A DNA stretch of 64,000 nucleotides from Lingula anatina (Eukaryota > Animalia > Brachiopoda). Below the pieces are notes generated by a model, which worked only from the letters and a program-made list of their open reading frames with translations, made no database searches and had not been told where the DNA came from. The stretch covers positions 13,764,001-13,828,000 of the forward strand of contig CM120640.1 in the NCBI GenBank assembly GCA_051362555.1, read 5' to 3'. Within the stretch, counting starts at the first letter, position 1. Each line of letters starts with the position of its first letter. Positions 1 to 32,900 of the stretch are shown here, piece after piece. The position numbers and the translations under genes are program-made.

Positions 1-166
1 ATAATTCTACAGTTAGTTCAACAACCAGGGCAAGTGTAATAAAATAATGATGAACAAAATCCAATTATGTGAAGTGTGTAGTAACTTAAGATCTGCAAAG
101 TTTTTTTTTTTCAAATAACAAAAATCATTACAAACTTAACAAATTAATCCCTTATCGCGAGCATAC

Positions 167-3100
167 CTGAGCTGTTTTTCTTTAAAGAGACTGAAACCCT
201 GAGCAAACATGACATCTAACAGAATTTTGGTTGCAGTTCCACCCTTCATGCGACTAGATCCTGTTATAGGTTCTGGCTAAAAGAGAAATCCAGGCAATTA
301 AGTAAAAACACCTCATTTCTGCCATCTACATGTAGAAACATTAAAAATTAAGATATTTAATGACAAACCTTTAGAAACTAAAATCCTAAGATACGATACA
401 TTTGTCTGGGTTTTAGGGTAAAATAATCCTTGTTTTTAAATCTCTTAACAAGAATAATCACTTATGCAAAAATTGATAGCTTAAATGGGTTTTTATTCTG
501 CAGATTATTCAAAATGATTTGACTCTACCTACCCCAATTATAGGATTTATGATGCAACAGTTTTTTGTCTTCTGCAGGTTTTCTAGACGCTTACACACTA
601 CAGCAAGAGAAGTATGAAAATGTCACAGTTAAATGGTTGCTTCAGTCTTATAAAACTGCCTTGCCAGAATTTCAAAGATGATGTGTGCGAACTTCTTCTT
701 TTTAAAGTACAATGTATTTGCCTGCTTTTATCTCGCCAATAGTGAAATAGAAACATTAAACAATTCATAACAATTTTGCTTAGTATATAAATGAAAGAAC
801 ATGTGAAGAAATACAGTGTAAGTTTTGTATTAACTATTTTCATTGCTTGAAAACAAACCTTCCAAAATCGTTTTGCTCCAGTTTTCAATAGGCAAATTCC
901 TAAAATATTAAACATGGAATTAAACACACTATAAAAAATATATCAACCATATAAGTAACTGTGTGATATACAGTGGGCTCTGACATTGGAAGTTATGTTA
1001 TCCATCATAACTAAATAAAACTCTAATGGTTATAATCAATGGTTTACTGAACCAAATTCATCTAAATCACAACCATGAATTGACCAGGCTAAAGTTTCCT
1101 TTATAAAAAAGTTCTCACTTTGCTAAATCCACTGGGTTAAAGCCCATAAGTACAGGAATGTAAGTATCCAGGTTGTCCATACAGAAGTCTAGCTGACCAG
1201 CCACAAATGATGCACTCAGTCCACATGTAATACCAATGTACAAGACTTTCTTCTTGCCTGCACATACCTGTCAATTTACCAACAGACAAGGCCTTTTGGG
1301 GTAAATTTAAAAATGTACATGTCAAAAGTTAATTTTAGATCATGTTATTAATCAATAATGTGTTCTGATTGAGAACAAAATTTATAATTTACTTATCTTT
1401 TTTTTTCAAATGTCAGTTCATAATTATTCTAGTCAATTGATTACTTGCTACTAGTTTATTTACAATCAACTATTTCTTGCATAGCTGTTTCCTAACATTA
1501 CAAAAAGATAAAAACAAATAAATAAATAAAATAATGATAAATAATCTTTTAAAACCCTTTAATATATTTTTAACTAAGTATCAGTAGTACATAACAAGCA
1601 AGAAATAAATACTTCTTGCAACTTCTTTGCTCCAAGCACTGGATCATCTTCTGGCGCTTCCTGAGAGGTGAACAAAGCCCTAAAACATGAGAGCACAACT
1701 AATAACTAACAAAATATGGAAAACTTGCCAGACTTTCTTTCAGTTTTTCACAGTGAGCACATAAAAACCTACTTGGAAAATTGTTTGAGCAATTAGTGAA
1801 ATTCTTAAAATAAGTAATTGGAAGGGAGTTGCATAAAACATTTATAATAATTACAGGGGCGGATTTAGGCCATCTTCTGAGTCTTCTGGAAGACGGTCAG
1901 ATTTTCAAGTTTACATTGACGGGTATCTAATTTTTACTGTCGGAAGACGGACAAAAATGGAGGATATATCAACAAAGATAAATTGGAAGACTGTCAAAAT
2001 ATATATCTGGATCCGCCCCTGAATTAAAGCACAAGCTACGACATACTTGTCTCCTCCAGCAATGACATAGCGGAAGCATTCAGGCATGTCCAACTCTCTC
2101 AGCCATTTATTGAATGTCCTCTGAGAAAAACGTTTAACAAATTATTGTCAAAACCAAGTTTTACATTATTTGTACTATACTTGTACACTCAAAAACATGT
2201 GAATTGTTTTTACTGATATTTGAAATACGACAGATGGTATCATGTAAACATTAAACTTTGTCCATTGTCTTTAGTCAACAATCAACAATGACACCGGAAT
2301 TAAGAAAAAGGACAAATTTCATTCTACTGAATGACACAACTGAAAAATTTCATTTAGATTATCCTATACTGCCATCAACATTTACCCATATTTTCTTGTA
2401 TACTTACGGCTGTGAGGAAAGCCAGACGCCCAGAAGTGCCACAACCACTGAGCACAATTAAGTTGTCTGAAGGTTTCTAGAATCAATCACAATGTCATAA
2501 ATATGTATGATCTTTTTTTTTTTTTTTCATAAACCACACAAGTATAGCATATCCCTATACTGATATCTTAACTGAATAAAATTATTAATTCAGAAAATTC
2601 GTACCATTTTTCAAAACAGCACTAGCACTAATGCCTTAACAATATTGCAACTTTCACATGATAATAACATGAAATAGTTGTTTACCCTGAGTAAGTTTAC
2701 TACTTCTCCTGCTATTTTTTCAACCAGTGTAATAGTTCTGCCATCCAAAAGCCCTTTAAGCTGATCCAAGTTTTTCTGACCCTACATCATGTAAAAAAGA
2801 GAGCCATAAGTACATTCATCTTGGATAACAATACCATTTTGGTAATAAATATATAATGAGGCAAACTGCAATATTTTAAAATCTTTAACTCAAATAAAAT
2901 CTATTTCCAACCATGTAGAATCAAAACTAAATCAAAATACAATATCACCAATGGCAAAATTCAGATCATTATGTACCTCTGTTTGGTTGTCCCATCCATG
3001 GAAGATTTCTCTGTCACAATGCTGCAAAAGACTAACTATATCTAGGAAGGCAAAAAAAAAAAAAAAAAAAAAAAAAATCCTTTGAAAGTTAATGTCTAAA

Positions 3101-3646
3101 ATTTGCATACCATAAATACTAGCTGGCTATACATTTTTTCACTTTCCCTTTGAAAAACCAGCACTTAAATCATCATTGCCTACCTTCAATCATTTGTGTT
3201 AACTGGTCTAAGGGTCAAAACTTTTGGTCAAAAAGAATTCTTGAATTTAATGCAAGTGACATTTTCAGGACATCTTGTGCTACGTTTTCATTAATATTTT
3301 GTCAAACTGTTCCATGCAGAAATTCAGCTGAACATGTCATATAAAAAAGACCTTCATGTTACAGTTTCAAAATCATAACAATAACATGATATGGTTGTTT
3401 AAATAAGGATATATAACACCATGTGTGCCAAAATAAGGAAGCCAACCAAGATAGGATTCGGTGACATTCCACTAGATCCAGTATCCTTAGAACAATATTT
3501 CTAGCACCTAATTACATATTTTAACTTTAAACAAAAAATGACATGATTACAGGCATCATAACTCAATGTTTCATACCCTCTGGTAAAGAGATGTCAATAT
3601 TGGCCGTCAATGGATTGCTGCGCTCTGTGACTGGCAAGGAAGACAT
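167..3646 (-). CDS. GCKR: Glucokinase regulatory protein-like (SIS domain, MurQ/GCKR family); 5' part only, continues beyond left edge
   Basis: Phase-consistent GT-AG exons 3646-3577 (MSSLPVTERSNPLTANID), 3041-2977 (IVSLLQHCDREIF), 2781-2686, 2476-2408 (LIVLSGCGTSGRLAF), 2120-2047 (YVIAGGDK), 1679-1613 (QEAPEDD), 1267-1119 (IGITCGLSASFVAGQLDFCM..GFNPV), 899-859, 597-533 (INPIIG), 276-167 (PEPITGSSRMKGGTATKILL). The motifs are colinear with vertebrate GCKR as I recall it. Confidence 0.9.
1854..2021. mobile_element. CAGGGG-ended MITE (hAT-like) in GCKR intron
   Basis: TIR caggggcggat...atccgcccctg; flanked by AATTA on both sides (5-bp TSD); internal repeated ggaagacgg motifs. Confidence 0.75.
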
Positions 3647-5094
3647 ATTAAAACATCTCTTCTCTCTTATTCACTTTTACTTCTTTGTGATGTCACAGCT
3701 GACCTAAATGCTGACTGATAAAATGTAAGAAGTGAATGAATTCAAGGCATGTTTGTAGTTGTGTTTAAATGTAATCAGTACTGTACAATTTCAGATAAAA
3801 GACAATCCCTTTAATTCATTGTCAACAGATTTATCATCCTTTTCTAAAATAACTGAGGCATGCCTAACTTGTATGTATAATGCAATGTTCACTCCCTAGA
3901 TGTTCAATTTTCCCACAAGGATTTCCTACTAGTTTATAAGGAAATTTTCTGTACAAAAAGTTTTGTGAATTGCAATGCTAATTGTTTTTTAAAAATTCAA
4001 AATATGGAAATTTCATTGTTTTCCTAGAAAGCTCATACAGAGTAATGGCAAACAAAATGCTGAAAAAAAATCATCTCAACCCAGTATAGAGGGTATGGAA
4101 TACCTTTTGTGTTCAGCGTGATTGGCCTAATTTTTCGAGTGTGATACGTCATTTGAGCCCAATATTCTGCGTGAAGTGATTCAGGAATTCTTGGTGATTG
4201 GCCTGAATATATCTTGGTGATTGAGCTGTTAATCTTGGTGAATGGTGAATAAGGGGGGGGGGGGTATTCCCTACCCTCAATATAAAATAGATAACTGATC
4301 TGGAAAATGGTTGGGCATCCTGATTGGGTATTAAAACAAAAATCAAGACCATTCATGACAATTTATTCCATTCACATTATTTCCCAGATAAATATAAAAA
4401 TTGTCAGCAGTTGCCAGTAAATCAGAATAATCTGGTAAATGTACATTTGAAAAAATTCAATATTTTCACCAACTGCTTGCTTAAAGAAAACACATCTACC
4501 GGTAAATGATCCTATGGGCAGTGCTCACTTACACAAACATATGTAACAGTAAATATTGTCGAAAAGTTATGCAGTATAGTGAATGACACATATGGGCTTC
4601 ACATATCACTCCAACCTGCTGCAGTCTTTATCAGAATATGTCACTTCCTTGTTTTGGATTTAAGCAGGTATGGAAACTTACTAGTAATGCAACATCCCCA
4701 ATCTATACAAAATTTCGTCTTGTTAAACACAAAGCAGGCCAGTAAAGACCTGGGCATCATTTCACTTCATGCACTTTACATAGTGAACAGATGAAATTAT
4801 AAATTTTTATCATTCAAATAATCTGTACATTCTTTTACATGTATGAAATCAACTTCAAGGTGTAATCAAAATGGGAACATCTGAAAATGCACTTTTATAC
4901 CAACATTCACGATAGAGATACGAGTCTGATGGGACAACAGAGACCCCAAATTCCAAACACAGGATATTCAGTTTCATTGACGGTTCCAAAGCCGTGCCTC
5001 CCCCACATGAACTTTTCAGAGCTGCAGCATCACGTTGAGAAATAAATAACATTTCAAATTTCCGCCAAGCCTTTAATTGCGATTCAACAAGAAG

Positions 5095-5200
5095 ATGTCT
5101 GATTGGCTTTACTTTGGAATACTCGGGCACGTTGGTAGTTTATTTGACCAATCAAATGCTGTTTAACAACATGCTTTTCGACTCCGCCCGACAGGCCGTA
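5095..5200. promoter_or_regulatory. Putative bidirectional promoter core between GCKR and Src
   Basis: Oppositely oriented CCAAT boxes (gattgg ~5101; ccaatca ~5148) and a GC box (ccgccc ~5184) in a CpG-richer patch between divergent genes. Confidence 0.45.
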
Positions 5201-5552
5201 TCACTAGAGAAATATCATTCCGCAGAAGACACGATCGCGTTAATTATATATTGCGAAACTCTCCATCTGCATATACCCTCCAAAGATGCAATTTCCCATT
5301 AAGTTATGATAATAAATAAACAAGTTCAATATTCCATAAATGATTCAAGGAAAATCTCGTTTTCGTGCGATCTATGTTTCGCAACAACCTGCTGAGCGAT
5401 GTGGTCGTACTGAGACGGTGTACTCGAACAACACTTCCTGGTGTATGGGACGTTTCTTTTGTTATCTTTTACAGAAGGCATTTGACCGACTGTGCGAGGG
5501 AGGCGGAAAAGTATAAGGTGTTCGTTTATACCAGGAGGACCCATTACTCAAA

Positions 5553-23652
<18,100 letters not shown>

Positions 23653-26600
23653 TAGTGCTCCATAGTCATACAAGAGAGAGAGCACACACCTGTGTCTTGC
23701 ATCATTTGAAATACTTTTGATGTGTGTATTGAAATGACACTTTTTTTAACGGGTTTCCTAGAAGCATCTGGGACACTGTTTCACTTTAATTAATGCCTGT
23801 AAATCTCAAGAAAAAGGAATGGGCCTGTAAGCTTCTTATCACGCAAAAAACCTGATGTTGTCTTGCTGAGAGGCTGTGACAGATTCATATGATCAAGATG
23901 TCTGCCAACAGGACTAAATGTCACAACATCTTAGGTGCTGTTTGAAATGGGTGTGAATTGGTTTGAATATTCCATTCATGGTTTTTCATGTCTCATCTGC
24001 GATGACATGGAGGAAAAAATGGCATTTCCAATCAAGAATTGATTAAAGAAGTTGGATATAGATGAAAGTCATTTAGTCTTCATCAGTATTAGAAACTGCC
24101 TTCAAATGCATTATTCATGTCTGCGTAAAACAACCAGAATACGTCTGATTTATAAAAGTTTATGTGCACTGGATTAAAAAGAAGTTAATGTAAAGCTGTT
24201 GTAAGTATTTTCACAGGATACTGCCATCCAGTGCATATACAGTCATTTCATTTCCTGGCACTAATATTGACAAAACCCTTGATGGCCTTATGTACAACCA
24301 CTGTGGGAGATGATACCTTGTTGCCAAGATCATGTATGCTAGATATCATTGTTTTATTGTTCACGTTAAAAGTTTTATCTGCAGCACTAGATATTTAAAG
24401 GCAAAGGGGGATCTTCCTTATCTTAATTAAAGGAGTTTTGTGTTGATTACCTCTATCTGCCTTAAATCTGTTTACAACATTTAAAACATTTTTAGTTATG
24501 AAAAAAACATTGGAATGTGATGTCATCGTTAGAATATCATGCAAGAGATGGGATAGGCTTTTGCTTGAATTTAACAAAAGCAAAACATTGAATTAGTAAA
24601 AAAAACATTTAGATAATAGCATTTAGAAACGGCATTTAGGTAGTGTTCTGACTGATTGGAGAGGTATCTCTGGGCATCAAAAACTAATGAAAAGGCAATC
24701 AAAATATAATCCAGTGTGGTAAACAGTCCCTTTAGTTTGCCCCCTTCACCATGAAGCTCTTGTCAAAAATGAAGTATGAATAAATGGTTTGAGACGGGCT
24801 TCCAAGATATGCAAAAGTTGAAGGTTTTATGGTACTGCAGGCAAAACTCGATATTACCAAGTGATATTAGTTTGTACAGAGAGGTATGACACACCAAGCC
24901 CCAACAGCTACAATAATCATAATATATGATGATAATATAATTATGATAAGTTTTCTTCTACCAATGTAAAGTAAAATGTGTATTGGTTTGTTTAAAACAG
25001 TCTGTGTAGATATACCGTTTGATGACTAGCTCTGATTTGCTGAAGTGCCGCAGTATAGATAAGCAATTTCAGTCTAACATAAATGGTGTTTCTAGTGCTA
25101 AAATAATTGATAGCTTGGGTCAACAATTGAGCGCTTTCATTTTGATCTTGTGCAAGTCTGGGATGAGTTGTAATTCTGTCTAGATTAATGCATTGCTCAT
25201 GTTTTATATTGCCTGTCAAATGATGAGTTTTAATTAGAATGAATCTGGTGTTCTGTTGAAGAGCTGCGATGCCATGGGACTTTGGAAGAGAATGAAAAAT
25301 TACCTACAGCTTAATTGGTAATTCAATAATTTTTACACTGAATGCTTCAGAGTCCTACGTTATGCAGCTATGCAGCTCGAGTCGGTTATAGCAGTATGTT
25401 TTATAAGAAAACCTGTATTTAAGAGAAGTCATAAATTGGCTTTGTTCACATGGGTTTCTACTTCAGATATGCCTGAGAGTTCTTCCATTCCTGTCTATTT
25501 CCCGGCTTTCCATTTTTCGTCAAACTGACATTCCATATTTGTTTTCTCCCCATGAATGGTCTTTTTATCATTTAACTTTTAGCCTCATTATCTTAAATGA
25601 CTATTGCACAAGGAATGGGGATGGTATCTGTTCATTAATTATGCTATTTTGCATGGGTTGTTAATTTGGCCAAGTAAAATTATTGTAAATTTTTGATTGA
25701 AATATTTAGTGTCATCTTTGTGGTGAAGATAGAAAGATTTAAATTGTTGTGCATTAGTAAAAACAATCTAGCATCAGATTATTATAGTGTCACCATGACC
25801 ATGTGTTGACATTCTTGGTATTTGGTCCATTGATTTTTGACATGATATTTGCAAAACTTTACCTTCTCAGTTTTTACATCTAAAATGGTACACAATGAAG
25901 TATGTGAGAATGTTGTTATATCTGATAACATTTGATGTATTGGGTTCAATGCTGTATCCACCAGGTAGCTTTTGTACCATAATTGTGTCATGTTACAATT
26001 TCCTCCACAGTAATTGTGCAAGCCACTTTATCTCTGATTTTCTCAGTGGAGTGCAACTTTTGTTGGTACCAGAGTCCCACTTTGGAACATATTTCTTATT
26101 TCTTGTCATTTTCCACAGCACTGGATGTTTTCAAACATTTTGTATGGCATGCTTATCGCATTTTGTATCCCAAGAGTAGTTCTTTTCCAAAACTCTCCCA
26201 AAGAACACAATATTTGATATCAAAGCATACCTAGATGTAGATAAATTTATATCATAGATATCATTCATTTAGTGGTATTCGGAATGGAAGTGTTGTTCAC
26301 AGTATCTTATTAATGTCTCTTTTAATTAAAATTGCATTTCTGAGGTCATAAAATGTCATTTCATGTCTTGGTATTTTATACCCACACAAACAATTATTTT
26401 GCTGCTACACTGATGATTGGCTTAAGCATCAGCTCAATTAGCTCCATGCTAGCTTAAAGAAAATTTTTTTCATGAAAAGAGACTTGATAAAGTACAATAT
26501 TAATCTTTAATATTTTGCCTTAAATCATTGTCACCTATTGTAATGTCTCAGTTTGCTGTTCATGTACAGTGTCTGTGGAGCTTATTTGTAGATCAGTGGA

Positions 26601-26970
26601 CATCTGTGCTCCAGGTCTGTGTCATTTGTAAATAAATATTTGAAGTATAATTGTTTTCTCATTTTACTCTCAAACGTGTATGAAAAAGGTAAGCATAAAA
26701 GTGTTTTGTCATGTTTCATTTCTTCTATATATATATATATATATCTATATGTTATTTACACATATTGCTCTTGCAATGAATGACACTTCTTTTTCTTGAA
26801 AAAGATTTAAAACTAGACATGTAAAAAATTAGTATTATTTTACAACTTGAGCCTTCAAAGTCGGCAAATTTATAAAATGCCACTTGGTTCAGATGTCTTC
26901 TAAGACCTATCTTCACAAGACAGGTGTACTGACACAATGCCCTCCAATATAAAATGGTCTTTGGCTTGCT

Positions 26971-29900
26971 CTAGGAGGGAAACACTTTGTTTGCAATGTC
27001 TATGAGACCCACTTCCTTGAGAGCGATCTTCAAAGTCCCTGGGGTGGCACGTTCAGCTTCATTTTCCTGTAAAGAATAATCCAAAATGAATGGCACATGA
27101 ATGAGAAAATCTGTAAGAACTGGCTGTCAAATAAACCATAGATGAACCAGTTAGATTAAGTGATTTGAAATTGAACCTGTCACTGGAATCTGATCAAAAC
27201 TTTAATTTCTCAAAAAAAAAAAAAAAAAAAAAAAAAATGTTTCTACTGCAATAAAAGATTTGGTGAATTTGCCGTCATTATCTTCTGATACCTACATCAG
27301 ACAAGAAAAAAATCACTTGGAATTCTTAAACATTACAACATTTTGTGAAGAAAAAGAGACTTACCATCCACAACGTAAGCATTTTCAAGGCCTGAGAAAC
27401 TGTGTCTTCATTGTCGCTCTCTATGTAAGCAATGTCATCTTCGGGGAAGTTGAGCTCCACGGCCAGTCTCTTCCACTCCTGACTCAGCTCCTCAGCCACA
27501 GTGGCCACCTGATCTGCCGTGACCACCTCCACAGCCTCCTCTTTACCTGGGGCGAGACACCAGAAAATCATAATACACTGCAGATAAGTAATGCTTTTAT
27601 TAATCATGGTTAGGATACATGTTTTTCTTTATTTTTTTTTCTGTCATCCATTCATTGCAACTTAAACAGCAAAATCTGCGACTTGCGTTTCCTGACAAAA
27701 CCCACTACCATCCTTATAAGTTATAATGCAGGTGGTGCTCAATGCAGATGTATATTGTTTGTCTGAACAAGCTTCTCAGAAAGCACATAAATTCCCACTT
27801 TTCATGCCTAATTCAAGCCTGTTCTCAAGTATTAGTAAAAGCGCAACCTGAATTTTAACAAGTACCATTTTCATATTTTCAGCACAAATATGGCATCATT
27901 ATTATCCCAGTTGCTAGGTCACCAGAACTGGTTTGACATCACGATTTACCAGTATTGTTGTTATGACACATATGGCCGGTATTGACAAACTTGTCAAGAC
28001 TTCCAAGTATTGGTGTATATGACAATTGACCAGTATCAGAACTTACCAGTCTCTTCTGCCTTGTCCAGTTCTTCTTCTTGGTGTTCCTCTCTGATGTCCT
28101 CTTCTTCTTCCAGTTCAGTCTTGGGTTCTTCTTGCAGAGTACTCTAAAGAACATAATGCACAAATAAGGAGTACCAAAACTAGTGCAGGAGACTTCTTAT
28201 AATTATCTACAGACTGGAAATCTGTGCCAGCTACATTTATAAAATATGTATATATCAACATTGGTTTCTGTGTTAACTAGAATATCATGTACATTAAGCC
28301 ATATCTGAAAAGTATACCAAAAACAAAGCCATATCTGAAAAGTATACCAAAAACACAAGGAGTGACAAAGAGTGACAAAAATGGGAACTACAACTGGCAT
28401 TTTGTTATCAATATACAAACAATGCTGACCGAGCTCAAAGTATTTACATTTATCTGTGTCTATACTCACAGGCATTTCCTTGGCAATCCTCATCACCATG
28501 GACTCCACAAACTTTGAGATTTTGAGAGCTCCTGGTTGCTGGTTAGTTTGAGCAAAGAAGTGAGGACTTCTTCTAGCCAGCAGGCGCAGAGAACGCCAAC
28601 AGAAGTTGCTCTGGTTCACGAGTCTGGTAAAAAAATAAGTGCCCTCTGTATTAAAATACATCTTAACAAAAGAACAAAAGATCAGTGAAAGTGCATTGGT
28701 GTGATATGAAAAAGCCCATGCCTTACATCGCTTTGTTTCATGGACTGTAAAATGCTCCAACTTGAGTATTTTAAGCAGTGCTTTTATATTTTGAACTGAG
28801 ATGAAAACACTGAGCACACATACTTGTACTGCTCCTCTATCTGTTGTTCTGGATCAGCCTGGAGTATTGCTTCCTCAAAAAAGTCTTCCAAAGATGGCAG
28901 GAAAATCCTGGAGCAAATCAATTGTAATGTCATCACTTTTCCCCCCTCAAAAATCTCTGTCAAATCAATGTACCACTAGACTGCTTTTCACACTACATTA
29001 CAAAAAACCATAATAAAGAAAGCAAAAAAGTAAAACAATGCTTACCCGTTACACTGCCAAGGGTAAAATGTATTCAAAGTGAAGTTACGCTATCATGAAA
29101 ACATCCATGCCCGCTAAAGGCAATATCTCAAAGTACCTTTTATCAGATTTACAAGCTTCCATATTGGAGGGGTAAATGTTCCACAGTCTGGTCAGCTCAT
29201 CATTGCCCATCTTCACTACCTTCCCTCCTGTGGCCTTGATGTCCTCACCTAAACTCCTCTTCCGCACTCTGAAAATAGCAATTTGCCATTACAGAAAGTT
29301 AGGAATTTTTTGCCATTACAGATTTGTTCAGTACAATTTTTGTGGCAGTAAGAAATTGTCAATAATGGAAAAGTCTAAAACCACGACTAACACATCACTG
29401 AGAAACAGTATTAATGAGAGCTTAACCCAAAACTTTCTGATACAGGTAGATCTATGCTTGGAACTGGAAAATGTCCTGGAAATCTTATGCTTTTATTTCA
29501 TGTGTAGAACTGCATGGTACATGAGACCACAGGGCATGCTCTGTCTTGTGATCTCATGAAATTCAACACAAAAAGTTATTTTCATAATAAGAGAATGACA
29601 TATCATGGAACTGAAAAACTCATCTCATTCTCCTAAGAAAAGGCCATAAGTCGGTCAGACAAAAAAAACAAAAAAAAGGAAAGCTACAAAAACTTCAAAA
29701 GACATGAACAATTCAATTCAATGGAAGAGCATAGAATCACATTACATTTACCTCAAACTTTTCTGTTTTGCAGTGTTTTCTGTGGCCTCCCTGACATAGC
29801 TGGGGCATCCCTCATTCTTCCAGGCATTCCAGTTCTCTTCTCTGGCCAACAGATGCTTAACAGAATAAGGCAGATGAAAGAGATATAGTCAGCATGCATG

Positions 29901-32900
29901 TCAAGGATTACACTTATTAAGTACATAAACAGGAAAAAATATTTTAAAATTAAAAGTGAATCAGACAAGATGATATGACTTCCTACTTTTGCCACAAAAG
30001 TACAGGGATTAAAAAAGAGTACAGCTAGAAGTTGACTGAGCTTACCTCAAAATATTTAGCAAACTGGTCTCCATCTGGAGGCGTCTCCCTGAGAAGTTGA
30101 AGCACTTTATCTGTGGACTCCCTCACCCAGTTGGACTGCTCTTCTGATAGCACTTGGTTGGCACTGGAAAGATATTAGTATTCCCGTGCCATTTCTTATG
30201 TTACAGTCAGTCAGTCAGTCAAAAAAGAAAAAAGAAGGTCATGCTAATTGTAGGTCAGATTACCTTAAATGTACTCCAAAGACAAAGAAATAATATGGTA
30301 ACTACACTAGAGATACAATGCTGAGAGGGTCTCATAAGAAAAAAGTTTCTCAGACATTAGACAAATGGAAAAACTTTCAATATTTGTACCTTTTGAATTT
30401 GACTGTTGAATTCAGATACTGGAATAGGATGAGAAACTGTACAAGGACATATCTTCTGAAGTTACCGTCACTCATCTGGAGGTCTAGAAGCTAAGATGAA
30501 AAATAATGAAAAATTACAACACTGTAGAAATTATCAATTTGTAAGATCTGGTTTTAGCAACAATTCATGATGATAGGTTTGCACTTGTAAGAATTATGAG
30601 TATGTGATTGCTGATTAGTCTTTAAGTTAGTAGTTAACAATAACCAAGGGATGATTTAGAGTAATGCATCATATATATATATCATCATCCAAGAAAATAA
30701 GATATACTTTATTTCATACTTATGCATCAGGTAGAACTGATGAAAATCTACAATTAACATAGACAAGATAGCACACTGACAGCACTACATATATTTGACT
30801 CTACTAAAACCACTTCACACTGAGTTGCAATATACAGATCATTCAGCTTTCTCATGTATTACTAAGCAATAAGCAATGTAAGACATTTTATACATAAATA
30901 AAAAAGTTTTTTCTCTGTTTCCAAATGTATAACTCAATAGGCATTCCCTACCTTTTCATTGGTCAGATACTTGGCAAAGTACTCGTGTGTGCCTGACTGC
31001 TTGGGTTGTTCTAAATTCTTCCTACTGGATTTTATGTCATCGAGTTTATTACTTGTGAAAACTTTAAGTACTTCATCTGCATTCTAAAATAGAGAAATTC
31101 TATTCAGTGTGTTGACGGGATCAAATTCAAATATTTACAAATCATTCAACATTGTCTTAAATGGGCATTAGTGATGTCCTGATAGAAAACCTACAAGAAT
31201 CCATGTGAGGCAGGCTAGGCTTTTAGTAATAAGACTGAAATGTTATGCTTTGTGAATGTTACAAGATTAAAGTGATTTCCATGTCCACTTACCACTACAA
31301 ACTGTTTCCAAGCTATCTTCTCATAGCACTGCTGTGGATTTCTGAAGTTGTCCTGAAGAGACCAGAACCGCCTGTACAAATTGTAGTCTATGGGAATGGA
31401 GCTGGAATTGTCAGAATAACACATAGCATTTACCTTTAATATAGATAGTTCTATTTTACAGACATAAAAAACAGGCATTTTTTTTATAATTTTCAATATC
31501 ATTAACCATAATTAAGTTATCTTGATCCAAGTGTAAAAGGTAATATTCATGAGTAAAAATAAAAATTAAAAATAGTAGATAATCACAAAATACAAAAAAG
31601 CATGCCTAGGTTATTCTAGCAAAAAAATTTTAAACTTAATTATAACTTAATTCTAATTTGTCTGAGAGACATAAGATATTTTATTCTCTCCCCTCAAATG
31701 CCATCATTTGATTTAGCAAAATTTTAATTTTGATCAAAATTATCCATTCAATGTTATCCTGGAGTGAGAGCTTGTTTTATCACCTTGATAAAGTATCTTC
31801 CATTTCTCCTTCTTCAATCTCCATGCTATCATCTTTTTCTCCATCTGTTTCCGACTAGTGAAGGTACAAAATGACAACAGTCTGAATAGAATTTTTCACA
31901 TGACAGATTTCTACATTCTCAACTTGGTTTAATCAATTGAAAGCATCAACTGCTCTTGTAGGGTTAAACTAATATTTATATGAAATAACTTTAGTGATGT
32001 AACATGACATGAACATATAGAAATACAAAAGCCAATGCACCATTAGCAGATAATTTAAAAAACTGTTTAAAAAAAAAGAATAATAAATTAAGGCACAAAC
32101 ATTTCAATATTATAGTGAATTCACATAGCAATAAATCAATAGCAGCTGTAAAAAGACTCACAGATTTCCTGACAAAATCTTCTGCACTAGAGCTAAATGT
32201 TGTGACATTATCTAAATTGAACTGGGATGTTAGATTGACCCCTGTAAAAGAATATTTCAAAATTCTAAAGGACACATAAAGAAACAGTAGAAAAACCAGT
32301 GAAACAAATGTGAAGCAGCAGTAATGTTCTGCAAATAAACCTTTCTATGGTGCAGTAACGCTGTATATGAGAAAAGTATCTTGTTACACATGGTTTTTAA
32401 TTTTAAGTCTAGATAGTGACATGACCTCTTTCATTATATAATAATTTTCAGAGATAATCAAGGGTCATGCTGAGTGCAAAATCACTGCACCTGATTTCTC
32501 TTCCAGTGGGAATAGCCTGGCCAGGAACAGCTGTATTCTACCACAGAACACTGTATCAAGGGACTTAGACAACCTCCTCAGCAGATCTGAAACAAGATTC
32601 CATGTATTCCATCTTCATGTATTATGAACTAAAGCAAATATAAGACTAAAGCAAATATAAGGTGTTAAAAAAAGCATATATATTTCATTTAACAGTGATT
32701 GAAGTTAATCTAAAATATAACCTAAAGTGAATTCAGTGATGTTTGAGTATCATTCAATTAATGTAGTGTGTAGCTCCATAAAGAATCTCACCAGACATGC
32801 AAATCAGTCAATTACATCGTGATTGGGTAATAACAGTAATTAAGTTGTTCACTGAAGAACTTATACAATGCAACAGTGAAGCTCTTTCTAATGAATTCAT

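Noticed and set aside
28203-28817. 204-aa ORF as an independent gene
   Set aside because: Only the central part is a THOC1 exon; the rest is intron read-through including a 30-bp tandem repeat.
30565-30785. TGATGA...CTGA pairs resembling C/D-box snoRNAs in a THOC1 intron
   Set aside because: Too short, antisense to the host gene, and lacking terminal stems or a recognisable rRNA guide.
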